Shown piece after piece: positions 7,905 to 17,278 of a stretch of 64,000 nucleotides of DNA. The DNA is taken from NCBI GenBank assembly GCA_910579215.1, contig CAJTTN010000006.1:57376-121375 (forward strand). Reading direction: 5' to 3'. How positions within the stretch are numbered: the stretch's first letter is position 1; each line of letters opens with the position of its first letter. The DNA comes from an uncultured Anaeroplasmataceae bacterium (GTDB lineage Bacteria; Bacillota_I; Bacilli_A; Acholeplasmatales; Anaeroplasmataceae). Below the pieces are notes generated by a model, which saw only the letters and a list, made by a program, of their open reading frames with translations, did no database searches and was not told where the DNA came from. The position numbers and the translations under genes were made by a program.

Positions 7905-9899
7905 ATGATTTTGGATCTAAAGGATATTAAAAAAATTGGACCAGTTACATTAGAGCGCTTAAATGCAAATCATATTTATACGCCTAAAGATCTCCTTTTA
8001 TATTTTCCTAGAAAATATAATTATTATCAGGTGGACAATTCTAATGCCTTTTGTGGAGAGGCTTTATGCTTTAAGGCAAGGGTTGCTTCTCGACCCATAT
8101 GGATAAAGACGCATAAAAATTCTAGGGCATTTGTTTTCTATATTTTTGTAAATGAACGAAAAATAAAATGTGTAATTTATTCTAGTGATTATCTTCGGTT
8201 TAAGCTTCAAATTGGATTAGACATAATTTGTTTTGGAAAATATAAGGAAAAGGAAAATGAATTTAGTCTAAGTACAGTTTTTTTTGAAGATTTTTCTAGT
8301 CGAATTGAGTTAGATTATGGAATATTAGATATAAAAAATAAGATGCTACAAAATGCAGTAAAAAATGTTTTAGATTCGGGATTTAGTTTAGAGGATGATT
8401 TACCTATACAATTTATTGAAAAATACAGGTTAGGCTCTTTAAATGAAATTGTAAAGCTAGCACATTTTCCAAGAAATGTGCAGGATTGTGAAAGAGTTAG
8501 AAGAAGAATCCGTTATGAGGATTTCTTTTGGTATACTCTTTCATTAGAGGCTTTAAAAAAGCTTAGAAATGAAGATATAAAGCAACCTAAAATAATTAAT
8601 GAAAGTCTAATTGAAGATACAATTTCAAGTTTACCTTTTGAACTTACCATTGATCAAAGAAATGTAATTCAAGATTGCTTGCGTGATTTAAAATCAAATA
8701 AAACTATGAATCGATTGATTCAAGGAGATGTAGGTTCAGGTAAAACTATAGTAGCTTTTATTACAGCACTTGCTGCTATTACTGCTGGGTATCAGGTAGC
8801 TATAATGGTTCCTACAGAAATTCTTGCTAAACAGCATTTATTAACGATTAAAAGACTTTTTCCATTCTTGGCTTCAGAATTACTCGTTTCTTCCTTGAAA
8901 CAAAAAGAAAAAGAGGATATTTTATTTCGACTATTGCATGGGAGAGTTTCCATCTTAATTGGCACACATGCATTATTAGAGAATAAAGTTATTTTTAAAA
9001 ATTTGGGGTTAGTAGTAATTGATGAACAGCATCGTTTTGGTGTAAGGCAACGTCAAACCTTATTAAAAAAACTTAAGGGAGTTGATGCTCTATATCTCAC
9101 TGCAACCCCTATTCCAAGAACTTTAGGCTTAACCTCATTTGGTGATTTAGACCTATCCCTCATTCATACTATGCCAAAGAATAGGAGACCAGTGGAAACA
9201 AAGGTAATTTCAATGGAGGATATCTCTACCTTAGCACTGACTTTAAGAAGACATTTGGCATGTGATGAGCAAATCTATGTAGTTGTTCCCTTAATTAAAG
9301 AGAGTGAAAGCTTAGATTTTATTGATATGAATAAGGCTATGGAAATATTTGAACAGCTTTTACCAGAGGCAAAATTAGGAGTTCTCCATGGCAAAATGAA
9401 AGCAAACGAAAAAGATGAAATTATGTCTTCCTTTAAATCAGGTAAAATAGAATGTCTTTTATCTACAACGGTGATAGAGGTGGGAGTTGATGTTTCTAAT
9501 GCTACAGTAATGGTCATATTAGATGCAGAGCGATATGGACTATCTCAAATTCATCAGCTTCGTGGACGTGTTGGTAGAGGGGAAATTCAATCCTATTGTT
9601 ATCTAGTAACTACAAAAGCTTATGTGCAACGCCTAGATATTTTATCTAAAATTCAAGATGGATTTACACTTGCAGAAGAGGATTTCAAGCTGCGTGGACC
9701 AGGAGATTATTTGGGTGAAGAACAGTCAGGATTTATGAGTTTAAATTTTGATTATGAATCCAATGATGCGATTATTTGGAAATGTGCCTTAGAGGATAGC
9801 AGAGCCTATTTAGAGGAATATGGAAAGGATTTCCATAAAAATCAAAGAGTTGAAGATATTTTCAATCAGATTTCTTATAAAAAAAATAAAATAAACTAG
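7905..9899 (+). CDS. recG: ATP-dependent DNA helicase RecG
   Basis: Walker A GDVGSGKT, DEQHRFG box, QLRGRVGRG motif VI, an N-terminal wedge-type region, and a TRG-like LRGPGDYLG. Confidence 0.95.
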   Translation: MILDLKDIKKIGPVTLERLNANHIYTPKDLLLYFPRKYNYYQVDNSNAFCGEALCFKARVASRPIWIKTHKNSRAFVFYIFVNERKIKCVIYSSDYLRFKLQIGLDIICFGKYKEKENEFSLSTVFFEDFSSRIELDYGILDIKNKMLQNAVKNVLDSGFSLEDDLPIQFIEKYRLGSLNEIVKLAHFPRNVQDCERVRRRIRYEDFFWYTLSLEALKKLRNEDIKQPKIINESLIEDTISSLPFELTIDQRNVIQDCLRDLKSNKTMNRLIQGDVGSGKTIVAFITALAAITAGYQVAIMVPTEILAKQHLLTIKRLFPFLASELLVSSLKQKEKEDILFRLLHGRVSILIGTHALLENKVIFKNLGLVVIDEQHRFGVRQRQTLLKKLKGVDALYLTATPIPRTLGLTSFGDLDLSLIHTMPKNRRPVETKVISMEDISTLALTLRRHLACDEQIYVVVPLIKESESLDFIDMNKAMEIFEQLLPEAKLGVLHGKMKANEKDEIMSSFKSGKIECLLSTTVIEVGVDVSNATVMVILDAERYGLSQIHQLRGRVGRGEIQSYCYLVTTKAYVQRLDILSKIQDGFTLAEEDFKLRGPGDYLGEEQSGFMSLNFDYESNDAIIWKCALEDSRAYLEEYGKDFHKNQRVEDIFNQISYKKNKIN

Positions 9900-9948
9900 T
9901 TTTTATTTGGGTAAAATGCTAAAATTATAATTAAGTTGGAGGAATTTT

Positions 9949-10965
9949 ATGATTAAATTAGCAATAGATGCCAATGGTGGCGATTATGGTGTAAATACTA
10001 CGGTACTTGGTAGTATGATGGCCATTCAAAAATTTAAGGATTTAGAAATAATACTATATGGAGATGAGGATAAAATAAAGCCTCTTTTGAAGGATTCCAC
10101 AAGAATTCAAATTGTACATACTCCTGAAGTAATTCCTATGGGAGAGCATGATCCAGTTAAAGCAATACGTACTCTAAAGAATGCTTCCTTATGTTTAGCA
10201 ATGAAAGCTTGTAAAAATGGAGATGCCGATGCTTGTGTGACAAGCGGTCCTACACAATGTGTTGTTGTAGGGGCTCATTTGTTAGTTCGTAGATTACCTC
10301 AAATGGAAAGAGTTGCGTTATGTCCTTTTGTTCCAAATTTGGATGGGCATCCAAGATTGTTATTGGATGTTGGAGCTAATGTGGAATTAAGAAAGGAGCA
10401 TTTAGGTAGCTTAGCCATTTTTGCCTCCGTTGTTTCAAAAGAGGTTTTAAAGGTTCAAGAGCCTAAAGTGGGATTGCTTAATATTGGATCAGAGCCTGGT
10501 AAAGGTAGGGAAATTGAAAAAGAAGCCTATGATTACCTGAATGACTTAAAGGAAATTAATTTTTATGGAAATATTGAACCTACAGAGATGATAAATTGTC
10601 CATGTGATGTTGTTGTTACGGATGGATTTTCAGGTAATATTTGCTTGAAATCCATTGAAGGAACTGCAAAGGGGATGGCTACTATGCTATCCGAAGAAAT
10701 CAAATCCTCCTTGGGTGGAAAAATAGGCTATTTATTTATGCGTAAAAATTTAAAAAGATTTAAAAAGCGTATGAGTACTAAGGAGGTTGGAGGTGCTATG
10801 CTATTTGGTCTTTCAAAGATTGTAGTAAAAGCACATGGTAACTCAGATCCTTTTGCTTACTTTCATGCCATACGCTTAGCCTATGAAATGGCTTCTGCTA
10901 AAATCATAGAAAAGGTAGTAGAAAAATTGCCTAAATTTGAGGAGAAGAATGAAGAAACGATATAG
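9949..10965 (+). CDS. plsX: Phosphate acyltransferase PlsX
   Basis: IAIDANGGDYG start, TDGFSGNI and KAHGNS motifs, ~338 aa, conserved position after recG. Confidence 0.93.
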   Translation: MIKLAIDANGGDYGVNTTVLGSMMAIQKFKDLEIILYGDEDKIKPLLKDSTRIQIVHTPEVIPMGEHDPVKAIRTLKNASLCLAMKACKNGDADACVTSGPTQCVVVGAHLLVRRLPQMERVALCPFVPNLDGHPRLLLDVGANVELRKEHLGSLAIFASVVSKEVLKVQEPKVGLLNIGSEPGKGREIEKEAYDYLNDLKEINFYGNIEPTEMINCPCDVVVTDGFSGNICLKSIEGTAKGMATMLSEEIKSSLGGKIGYLFMRKNLKRFKKRMSTKEVGGAMLFGLSKIVVKAHGNSDPFAYFHAIRLAYEMASAKIIEKVVEKLPKFEEKNEETI

Positions 10966-11704
10966 AGTTTTAATATATATTGGATTAATTTTATATGTTA
11001 TTGGTGGATTTTTACTTACGGCGTATACAAAAAATATTATCTATATTATTATTGTATTTGCTAGTTTTTTCGTCCTAGCAATTTTGGCAACTCCTTTATA
11101 TATTATTAGAATTCGAAAGGAATTTAAAAGACAAGAAAAACTCTCTGTTGATGAGGCTATTGAGGAAATTAACGATAAAGAGGGATACAATCAATTGGAA
11201 TATAGTGTGCATCAAATCAAATCTGTGGTCGATACCTGGAAGCTTAGCAGTAAGGCTGATATTATAAAAGGTCTATTGTTTTTGATTTTCTTTATAGGTT
11301 GTATAATTGCTTTTGTCATCTTTATGTCTATGGAGAAGTTTGTTCTTGGGATTGTATTTTTTTGCTTGGCGGTAGGAGAAATTTTATGTGCTTTTATTGT
11401 GGTAAAGATTTTGGAAACGAAAGCCATTCTTCCTAAGAAAAAGGAAAAGCTTAGAAATGATATTGCTGTTGTGTTAGGCACAACAATATCAAGTCAATCC
11501 TCTACAGGAAATAGACATCATACTATTGGAGATACTACCTATAAGGTGTTTCTAAAAATAGGGGATCAAAGATTTGTTACTTATAGCAAAGAATATTATG
11601 AAATTGGAGATAAACTAAGGGTTTGTATAAATATAAAGAATGCGAAAAAAGTTTATATCGTAGAAAAAATAAAGGATATAGTAGATATTGAAGAAAATTT
11701 TTAG
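10949..11704 (+). CDS. Hypothetical multi-pass membrane protein with a soluble C-terminal domain
   Basis: Two plus three predicted hydrophobic helices (e.g. VLIYIGLILYVIGGFLLTAY, IIIVFASFFVLAILATPLYII, GLLFLIFFIGCIIAFVIF) precede a beta-rich tail. No family was recognised. The start is uncertain (10937 or 10949). Confidence 0.5.
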   Translation: MKKRYRVLIYIGLILYVIGGFLLTAYTKNIIYIIIVFASFFVLAILATPLYIIRIRKEFKRQEKLSVDEAIEEINDKEGYNQLEYSVHQIKSVVDTWKLSSKADIIKGLLFLIFFIGCIIAFVIFMSMEKFVLGIVFFCLAVGEILCAFIVVKILETKAILPKKKEKLRNDIAVVLGTTISSQSSTGNRHHTIGDTTYKVFLKIGDQRFVTYSKEYYEIGDKLRVCINIKNAKKVYIVEKIKDIVDIEENF

Positions 11705-11707
11705 GAG

Positions 11708-12382
11708 ATGATAAAGATGGATTTATCCGAATTAGAAAATAAATTGCAGTATCAATTTCATAATCTTGATTTATTAAAGACAGCTTTAACACATTCCTCT
11801 TATGCAAATGAGCATGGAGTGGAATGTAATGAACGACTAGAGTATTTAGGAGACGCAGTTTTACAGCTATGCATGTCATATTTTTTGTATCAAAATCTTC
11901 ATTTGGATGAAGGAGCATTATCTAAGACAAGAGCAAAGGCTGTATGTGAGGAAGCACTAAATATTTATGCGGAAAAATTAGATCTTTCCCAATATTTATC
12001 CTTGGGAAATGGTGAGGAGCATAGCGGTGGACGTAATCGACCTGCTATTATAGCTGATGCCTTTGAGGCGATGCTTGGAGCTATTCTTTTAGATTCTAAT
12101 TTTGAGGTAGTTTATAAAATATTTAATCATATTGTTCTTCCCTATAAGGATATAGTTTTAAAATTTAAGGATTATAAGTCTACGTTTCAGGAAAAGGTTC
12201 AAGCAGATAAGCGAACACTTCATTATGAAATAGTTCATGAGGAAGGACCAGCGAATGATAAAACCTATGAGGCAGTTGTTTATATGGATGATATTTTAAT
12301 GGGACGTGGAAGAGGTAAAACAAAGAAAGAAGCAGAACAAAATGCTGCAAAAGAGGCTTTAAAGAAGGAAGCAAGAAGCTGA
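11708..12382 (+). CDS. rnc: Ribonuclease III
   Basis: RNase III signature NERLEYLGDAVL, plus DAFEAMLGAI and a C-terminal dsRBD (GRGRGKTKKEAEQNAA). Confidence 0.95.
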   Translation: MIKMDLSELENKLQYQFHNLDLLKTALTHSSYANEHGVECNERLEYLGDAVLQLCMSYFLYQNLHLDEGALSKTRAKAVCEEALNIYAEKLDLSQYLSLGNGEEHSGGRNRPAIIADAFEAMLGAILLDSNFEVVYKIFNHIVLPYKDIVLKFKDYKSTFQEKVQADKRTLHYEIVHEEGPANDKTYEAVVYMDDILMGRGRGKTKKEAEQNAAKEALKKEARS

Positions 12383-12412
12383 ATCCTTTCATATAATACA
12401 TTGGTGATGTAT

Positions 12413-13042
12413 ATGCAAATGGCCATTATTGGTATTTGTGGAAAGATGGGAAGCAATGTATATGAATATTATAAAGAGGAATTTGATATTGTAGGTATAG
12501 ATGTTAAGCAGCATCCTAAGGTTAAAACGTTTCATTCTGCTAAAGAAATTTTAGATAAGGTAGATGTTGTTGTAGATTTCTCTTCTCCAGATGCCTATGA
12601 GCTGTTGATAGAGTCTATGAATTTAGGGTGTCCTATTCTAAGTGGTACAACGGGCTATAGCTTTGCTCAAATTGAGCAGCTTTATGAGCTTGCAAAGCAA
12701 AAGGAAATTTCTTTTTTGTGGAAAGCAAACTATGCTAAAGGAATAGATTTATTTACTAAGCTACTGAAGGAGTGTCATAAGGAGTTTGAAATTTTAGATT
12801 TTGTAGAAATTCATGCTACGTCAAAGAAAGATGCACCTAGTGGAACAGCAAAGGTTTTAGCCCGTAGCTTAAATATATCAGAAGATAAAATCCAATCCTT
12901 ACGATTAAATCAGGCGCCTGCAATTCATGAAATTATCTTTTCCTCTTTGGATGAACGTGTTTATCTACGTCATGAAATTTTAAATAAAAAAGCCTTTTTA
13001 ACTGGATTTGATGAGGAATTAAGGAAAAGACTTAGGAGTTGA
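12413..13042 (+). CDS. dapB: 4-hydroxy-tetrahydrodipicolinate reductase-like protein (short form)
   Basis: N-terminal Rossmann IIGICGKMG, then VVVDFSSPDA, SGTTGYS, and EIHATSKKDAPSGTA, which corresponds to the DapB E(L/I)HH..K.DAPSGTA motif. Only ~210 aa. The start is ambiguous (12401-12419). Confidence 0.7.
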   Translation: MQMAIIGICGKMGSNVYEYYKEEFDIVGIDVKQHPKVKTFHSAKEILDKVDVVVDFSSPDAYELLIESMNLGCPILSGTTGYSFAQIEQLYELAKQKEISFLWKANYAKGIDLFTKLLKECHKEFEILDFVEIHATSKKDAPSGTAKVLARSLNISEDKIQSLRLNQAPAIHEIIFSSLDERVYLRHEILNKKAFLTGFDEELRKRLRS

Positions 13043-13047
13043 TGTAT

Positions 13048-13647
13048 ATGTTAGAAAAACTATATAAAAAGGGATATTTGAATTATGAGAAGCTTATTTT
13101 AGAAAATGCCAAGGCATTAGGTCTAAATGCAGAAGAAGGTTTTTTATTAATTCATATTTTAAAGAATTATTTGATAACAAATACATTAGCTATTTCTGAT
13201 ATAGCAAAGCAGGTATTGCTTACCCCTGCAAAGCTGGACAAGCTTATTGCCTCCTTAATGGAGCGAGGATATTATGAGGTTTATTTATCCTATGATAATG
13301 GGAAGGGAACAGAATGTATTTCTTTTCAACCTTTGTTTAAGAAATTAGAATATCTTTTAGAACAAAAAACAGTACCTGATACTTATAATATAGAAAAAAC
13401 AATACAGTACATTACAGCTAAAATGAATCGAGTGTTGATTGCATCTGAATTAGAAGCTTTACAGAGTCTTATGATGGAGGATCGTTATTCCTATGATCAA
13501 ATTGCTGCAGTGGTGGATTCTATTATTGCTTCTAAAAAAACTTTATCTATGAAAAGTATTTTACAGGGACTTTCTAATAAAGTATATGATGTTCATCCAT
13601 CTAAGGAGGCACCCCAAGCCTTTAAGGATTTTATAAAGAGGATATAA
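13048..13647 (+). CDS. dnaD: DnaD-family replication initiation / membrane attachment protein
   Basis: Winged-helix N-terminal part and a DnaD/DnaB_2-like C-terminal part (LIASELEALQSLMMEDRYSYDQIAAVVDS). The conserved Firmicute dnaD-nth adjacency is present. The start is ambiguous (13039/13042/13048). Confidence 0.7.
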   Translation: MLEKLYKKGYLNYEKLILENAKALGLNAEEGFLLIHILKNYLITNTLAISDIAKQVLLTPAKLDKLIASLMERGYYEVYLSYDNGKGTECISFQPLFKKLEYLLEQKTVPDTYNIEKTIQYITAKMNRVLIASELEALQSLMMEDRYSYDQIAAVVDSIIASKKTLSMKSILQGLSNKVYDVHPSKEAPQAFKDFIKRI

Positions 13648-13649
13648 AT

Positions 13650-14279
13650 ATGAATCAAGTGTGTTCTAATGAAATTTTAAATGAAATACGTAAAATTATC
13701 CCTAATCCAAAATGTGAGCTTAAGTATTCTAATTTATTTGAATTACTTTGTGCAGTTATGATTTCTAGTCAGACGACAGATAAGCGTGTGAATCAAGTAA
13801 CACCAACTTTATTTTTAAAATATCCTACGCCTCAGGCTTTATCCATGGCAAAGTATGAAGAGGTTTATGAGATTATTCAATCCTTGGGCTTTGCTAAAAT
13901 GAAAGCAAAAAATCTAATTGCAATGGCTAATCGCCTACATACAGTTTATAAGGATGAGGTTCCTAAAACCTTAGAGGAGCTTCAAACCTTAAATGGTGTA
14001 GGAAGAAAGACTGCCAGTGTCATATTAGCAGAAGGATATAAAATTCCTGCCATGCCAGTAGATACTCATCTAGAGCGTATGGCAAAGCGTTTTGGGTATA
14101 CAGATGAAACAGCAACTGTAGTGGAAGCAGAAGCAGCATATCGCAAATATATACCTGAAGAGGAATGGATTGAGGCCCATCATCTTTTGTTATTGTTTGG
14201 AAGGTATTATTGTAAAGCCTTGCATCCTGCATGTGACTCCTGTACATTAAAAAAATATTGTAATAAAATTGATAAGTAG
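13650..14279 (+). CDS. nth: Endonuclease III
   Basis: HhH-GPD motif LNGVGRKTASV, catalytic PVDTH, and a C-terminal 4Fe-4S cluster loop CKALHPACDSCTLKKYC. Confidence 0.95.
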   Translation: MNQVCSNEILNEIRKIIPNPKCELKYSNLFELLCAVMISSQTTDKRVNQVTPTLFLKYPTPQALSMAKYEEVYEIIQSLGFAKMKAKNLIAMANRLHTVYKDEVPKTLEELQTLNGVGRKTASVILAEGYKIPAMPVDTHLERMAKRFGYTDETATVVEAEAAYRKYIPEEEWIEAHHLLLLFGRYYCKALHPACDSCTLKKYCNKIDK

Positions 14280-14301
14280 AAGAGGATTCTACTTTTTTTT
14301 C
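14275..14301 (+). terminator. Rho-independent terminator of nth
   Basis: Stem agtagaa / ttctact with loop gagga, followed by a T8 run. Confidence 0.7.
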
Positions 14302-14335
14302 TCTTAATAGGTGATATGCTCATATTGGTGATTTT

Positions 14336-14509
14336 ATGAAAGCAAAATTATTTGATTTTGAGCATGAGGCTGATTTAGAAGAGGCCTTGAATAAATTTTT
14401 TTCCGAGCATCCGAAAATGGAGATAAAGAACATATCCTACCAAACCAGCCATTTTGCTATCAATGGAGAACAAATTTATTCTTTTTCCTGTTTATTGGTT
14501 TATAAGTAA
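14336..14509 (+). CDS. Small protein (57 aa), Cse60/YteV-like; below the ORF-track length cutoff
   Basis: My own translation: MKAKLFDFEHEADLEEALNKFFSEHPKMEIKNISYQTSHFAINGEQIYSFSCLLVYK. The pattern K.KLFD.EHE.DLE...N.F ... YS...L.Y recalls the Cse60 family as I remember it. It sits between two terminator/promoter regions. Confidence 0.5.
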   Translation: MKAKLFDFEHEADLEEALNKFFSEHPKMEIKNISYQTSHFAINGEQIYSFSCLLVYK

Positions 14510-14619
14510 AATAAATTCAATAAAAAATTATTATTTTATCAAAACTTTTTTTCTTTTCTTCCCAATTTAATCAAGATATAATAGAAGTGCTAAAAAAGTG
14601 GGTAAAAAGGAGAATAAAA

Positions 14620-15801
14620 ATGAAGAAAAATATTTTTATTGATGAAATAAAACGTAGAGGAAAAGTAGATGAAAATGCCTATAGTATGATAGGGACAGAG
14701 TTAAAAAGAGTTAGAACAAGTCAATCTCAAACCCTATCTTCTATTGCAGGTGATTTATGTTCAGTATCCTATTTATGTAAAATAGAAAAGGCACAGTTAA
14801 AGCCAAATCGATACATGTTAAATGAGATATGTAAAAAATTGCATTTAGAATCTCCTAAATTAGATTTATTATTTGAATTAAAGAACTTGTTATTAAAACT
14901 TGTAAAATATTACTATGCAAGAGATTTTGAAGAAGTAAAAAAACTTTATGAGACCTGTAAGGATTTAGATAATTATAGAACCAAGCTTATTTTCTTAATC
15001 TATTATATAACCTTTTATATGCTTCAAGAGGCAAATGAGGTTTCAAAGGAATTGTTCAAAATAACTAGCGAAATGCTAGATGATGAGCTTAGTATATTTT
15101 TAGTTTTTTATTCTATTCTGAAATATTATGATGAATGTTATAATGAAACCATTGATAATCTTAAGCAGCTAAGCTCTATATATTATCTTGATGATACCTT
15201 AGGAAAAATAGCCTCTGTCCTGTGTTTGGAGTGCTATGTTAAAATCAATAGTCCAATGACCTTGCTTCATAGTCAAAAGCTTTTAGATTTGTTTTTAAAA
15301 TCATCTGAATTCTCAAAGGCTGAGTATGTTCGATATTTACAAACATTATATATGATTCATAATTCAATGCTTGAAAGTGCTGTTGTAGAGCTAGAATTTA
15401 TCAAGGATAAAGAATTTAAAAATACATTAGAGTTTTATTATGATATTAAAAATCAAACTCTACAAAATAAAGAGCATTATAAAAATTTACGACCCTTTGC
15501 AAGACTCATCTATATTCACTTGTTTGAGCCGAAAAAATATATAGAGGCATTTTTTAATCAAAATAAAAATGATTTTTATATGTGTGATTTTAGCTATAAT
15601 ATTGCAAACTATTTTACTTTTAGTGATGATAAGGAAAGGTATAAGGAATTAACGGATGTAATCATCCCTAATATATTGCAGACAAAGGATTATATTGATA
15701 AGCTCTTTTTTTTACGTGAATTTTGTCGAATTAGCAAGAAATATGGGAGATACAAATGCTTTTGTAACGCATATTCAGATTTAGAGGGAGAAATTTTATA
15801 A
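14620..15801 (+). CDS. XRE-family HTH transcriptional regulator with a long helical-repeat (TPR-like) C-terminal domain; RNPP-like architecture
   Basis: HTH_3-type N-terminus (IGTELKRVRTSQSQTLSSIAGDLCSVSYLCKIEKAQLKPN) is followed by ~320 aa of helix-rich Y/L/K sequence. The start was taken at the ATG with RBS aaaggag rather than the GTG at 14587. Confidence 0.7.
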   Translation: MKKNIFIDEIKRRGKVDENAYSMIGTELKRVRTSQSQTLSSIAGDLCSVSYLCKIEKAQLKPNRYMLNEICKKLHLESPKLDLLFELKNLLLKLVKYYYARDFEEVKKLYETCKDLDNYRTKLIFLIYYITFYMLQEANEVSKELFKITSEMLDDELSIFLVFYSILKYYDECYNETIDNLKQLSSIYYLDDTLGKIASVLCLECYVKINSPMTLLHSQKLLDLFLKSSEFSKAEYVRYLQTLYMIHNSMLESAVVELEFIKDKEFKNTLEFYYDIKNQTLQNKEHYKNLRPFARLIYIHLFEPKKYIEAFFNQNKNDFYMCDFSYNIANYFTFSDDKERYKELTDVIIPNILQTKDYIDKLFFLREFCRISKKYGRYKCFCNAYSDLEGEIL

Positions 15802-17243
15802 TGAAAAAACTTTTATGTTTATTGATATTTTTACCTTTATTATCCTCAATAAAGGCTAATGCTTCCAATTGGAAGTTTATATGGGATGATACAACTACCA
15901 CTATAGAAATTCCTTTAGGAGATAATCTACAAAGCTACATTTTCACTCCAAAGGCAACCTTATATAGGGATGGAATTCCATTAGAGGATGCAGAAATTCA
16001 CTATGTGAGAACGGGAGACTGGCTATATTTATTGACAGATGTTGATACGCATAAAGAAGGGGAATATTTTGTTTGGTATAAAGCTACAGAACAAAAATAT
16101 AAGCCTGGACAATGTCAAGGATATAAAGTGTTAATTACTTTTAAAGTTGTTGATCAAACCAAGCCTGTCATTTTGGAATGTCCCTCAGAGGTAACGTATT
16201 GGATTGGAACGCCTATACCAGATTACAGTGCACTTATTATAGCTACTGATAATAGTGGATTTTGTGAAAAAGAAACAGATTTATCTTTGGTTAACTTTGT
16301 AATACCTGGAGAATATCAAGCCATTGCTCGAGCCAAGGATCGCCATTTTATTACGGAGCAATCTTTCACAATTTTTGTGAAGGATCCTATTGGACCAGTT
16401 GTAACCTTTTTAGGAGAAAACAAAAGAATTATACTTCCTAAAGGAGAGCCTCCTAGTTTGATTTCTTACTTTAAAGCTATAGATAAAACAGATGGAGATG
16501 TGACAGACTCCATTTCATATCCTGATTTTTCTACAGATGAGGAACAAAGCTTTGAACTTGAAGTTTCTTTTTCAGACAAGAATCAAAATATATCAAAAAT
16601 TAAAGTTTGGATAGAAATTGTTGATCAAGATGAAATCGTTATTGAACTATATAAATCCACCTTACTTTTAGAATTTAATAGTAATTTTGAAGAAGCCATC
16701 TTAAACAATATAAAAAGAGCAACGCATGGTAATATAAATATTTTTGATGAAATAAAAATAGATAGTGCGAAATTAGAAAATAAGGTAGGTAGCTATAAAG
16801 TTTTTTATCTTTATCAGCAACAGGATAAATTTAAAAAAATTGAATGTGAAGTCAAGGTGTTAGCTAGTCAGGCTCCAGTTTTATTAGTTGAAAATATAAC
16901 GACTAAGCTAAATGAAAAAGTAAATATTTTATCCTACATTATTGCGCAAGATCCTTCTGATGAAGAAATAGATAGAAAGGTAGAATATGATGACAGCCTA
17001 GTAGATTATACGAAACCTGGGGTGTATCCTGTTCGGATAAGTGTTACTAATTCATCTGGTCTATCCACAAGTGAAACACTTTTAGTTACAGTCTTTGAAG
17101 ATACCCAATCCAAATGGGAGCAAGTTCAGCCAATATATTATCTTCCAATGATTCTAGGTAGCTTAGGAATTATAGGTGGAGTTGTGTTATTTTTGTATAT
17201 AAAGAAAAAGAGAAATTGCAAAGCTGAGGAAAATCAACTATAA
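15801..17243 (+). CDS. Secreted, membrane-anchored surface protein with Ig-like (DUF5011-type) repeats
   Basis: Signal peptide MKKLLCLLIFLPLLSSIKANA. Three segments of the form (K/G/A)PV...G....DY..A.D..G are present. C-terminal TM anchor LPMILGSLGIIGGVVLFLYIKKKR. The start overlaps the regulator stop codon (taATG). Confidence 0.7.
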   Translation: MKKLLCLLIFLPLLSSIKANASNWKFIWDDTTTTIEIPLGDNLQSYIFTPKATLYRDGIPLEDAEIHYVRTGDWLYLLTDVDTHKEGEYFVWYKATEQKYKPGQCQGYKVLITFKVVDQTKPVILECPSEVTYWIGTPIPDYSALIIATDNSGFCEKETDLSLVNFVIPGEYQAIARAKDRHFITEQSFTIFVKDPIGPVVTFLGENKRIILPKGEPPSLISYFKAIDKTDGDVTDSISYPDFSTDEEQSFELEVSFSDKNQNISKIKVWIEIVDQDEIVIELYKSTLLLEFNSNFEEAILNNIKRATHGNINIFDEIKIDSAKLENKVGSYKVFYLYQQQDKFKKIECEVKVLASQAPVLLVENITTKLNEKVNILSYIIAQDPSDEEIDRKVEYDDSLVDYTKPGVYPVRISVTNSSGLSTSETLLVTVFEDTQSKWEQVQPIYYLPMILGSLGIIGGVVLFLYIKKKRNCKAEENQL

Positions 17244-17278
17244 TATAAGAAAGTATTTATAGAATAGGGGTGCAGCTA

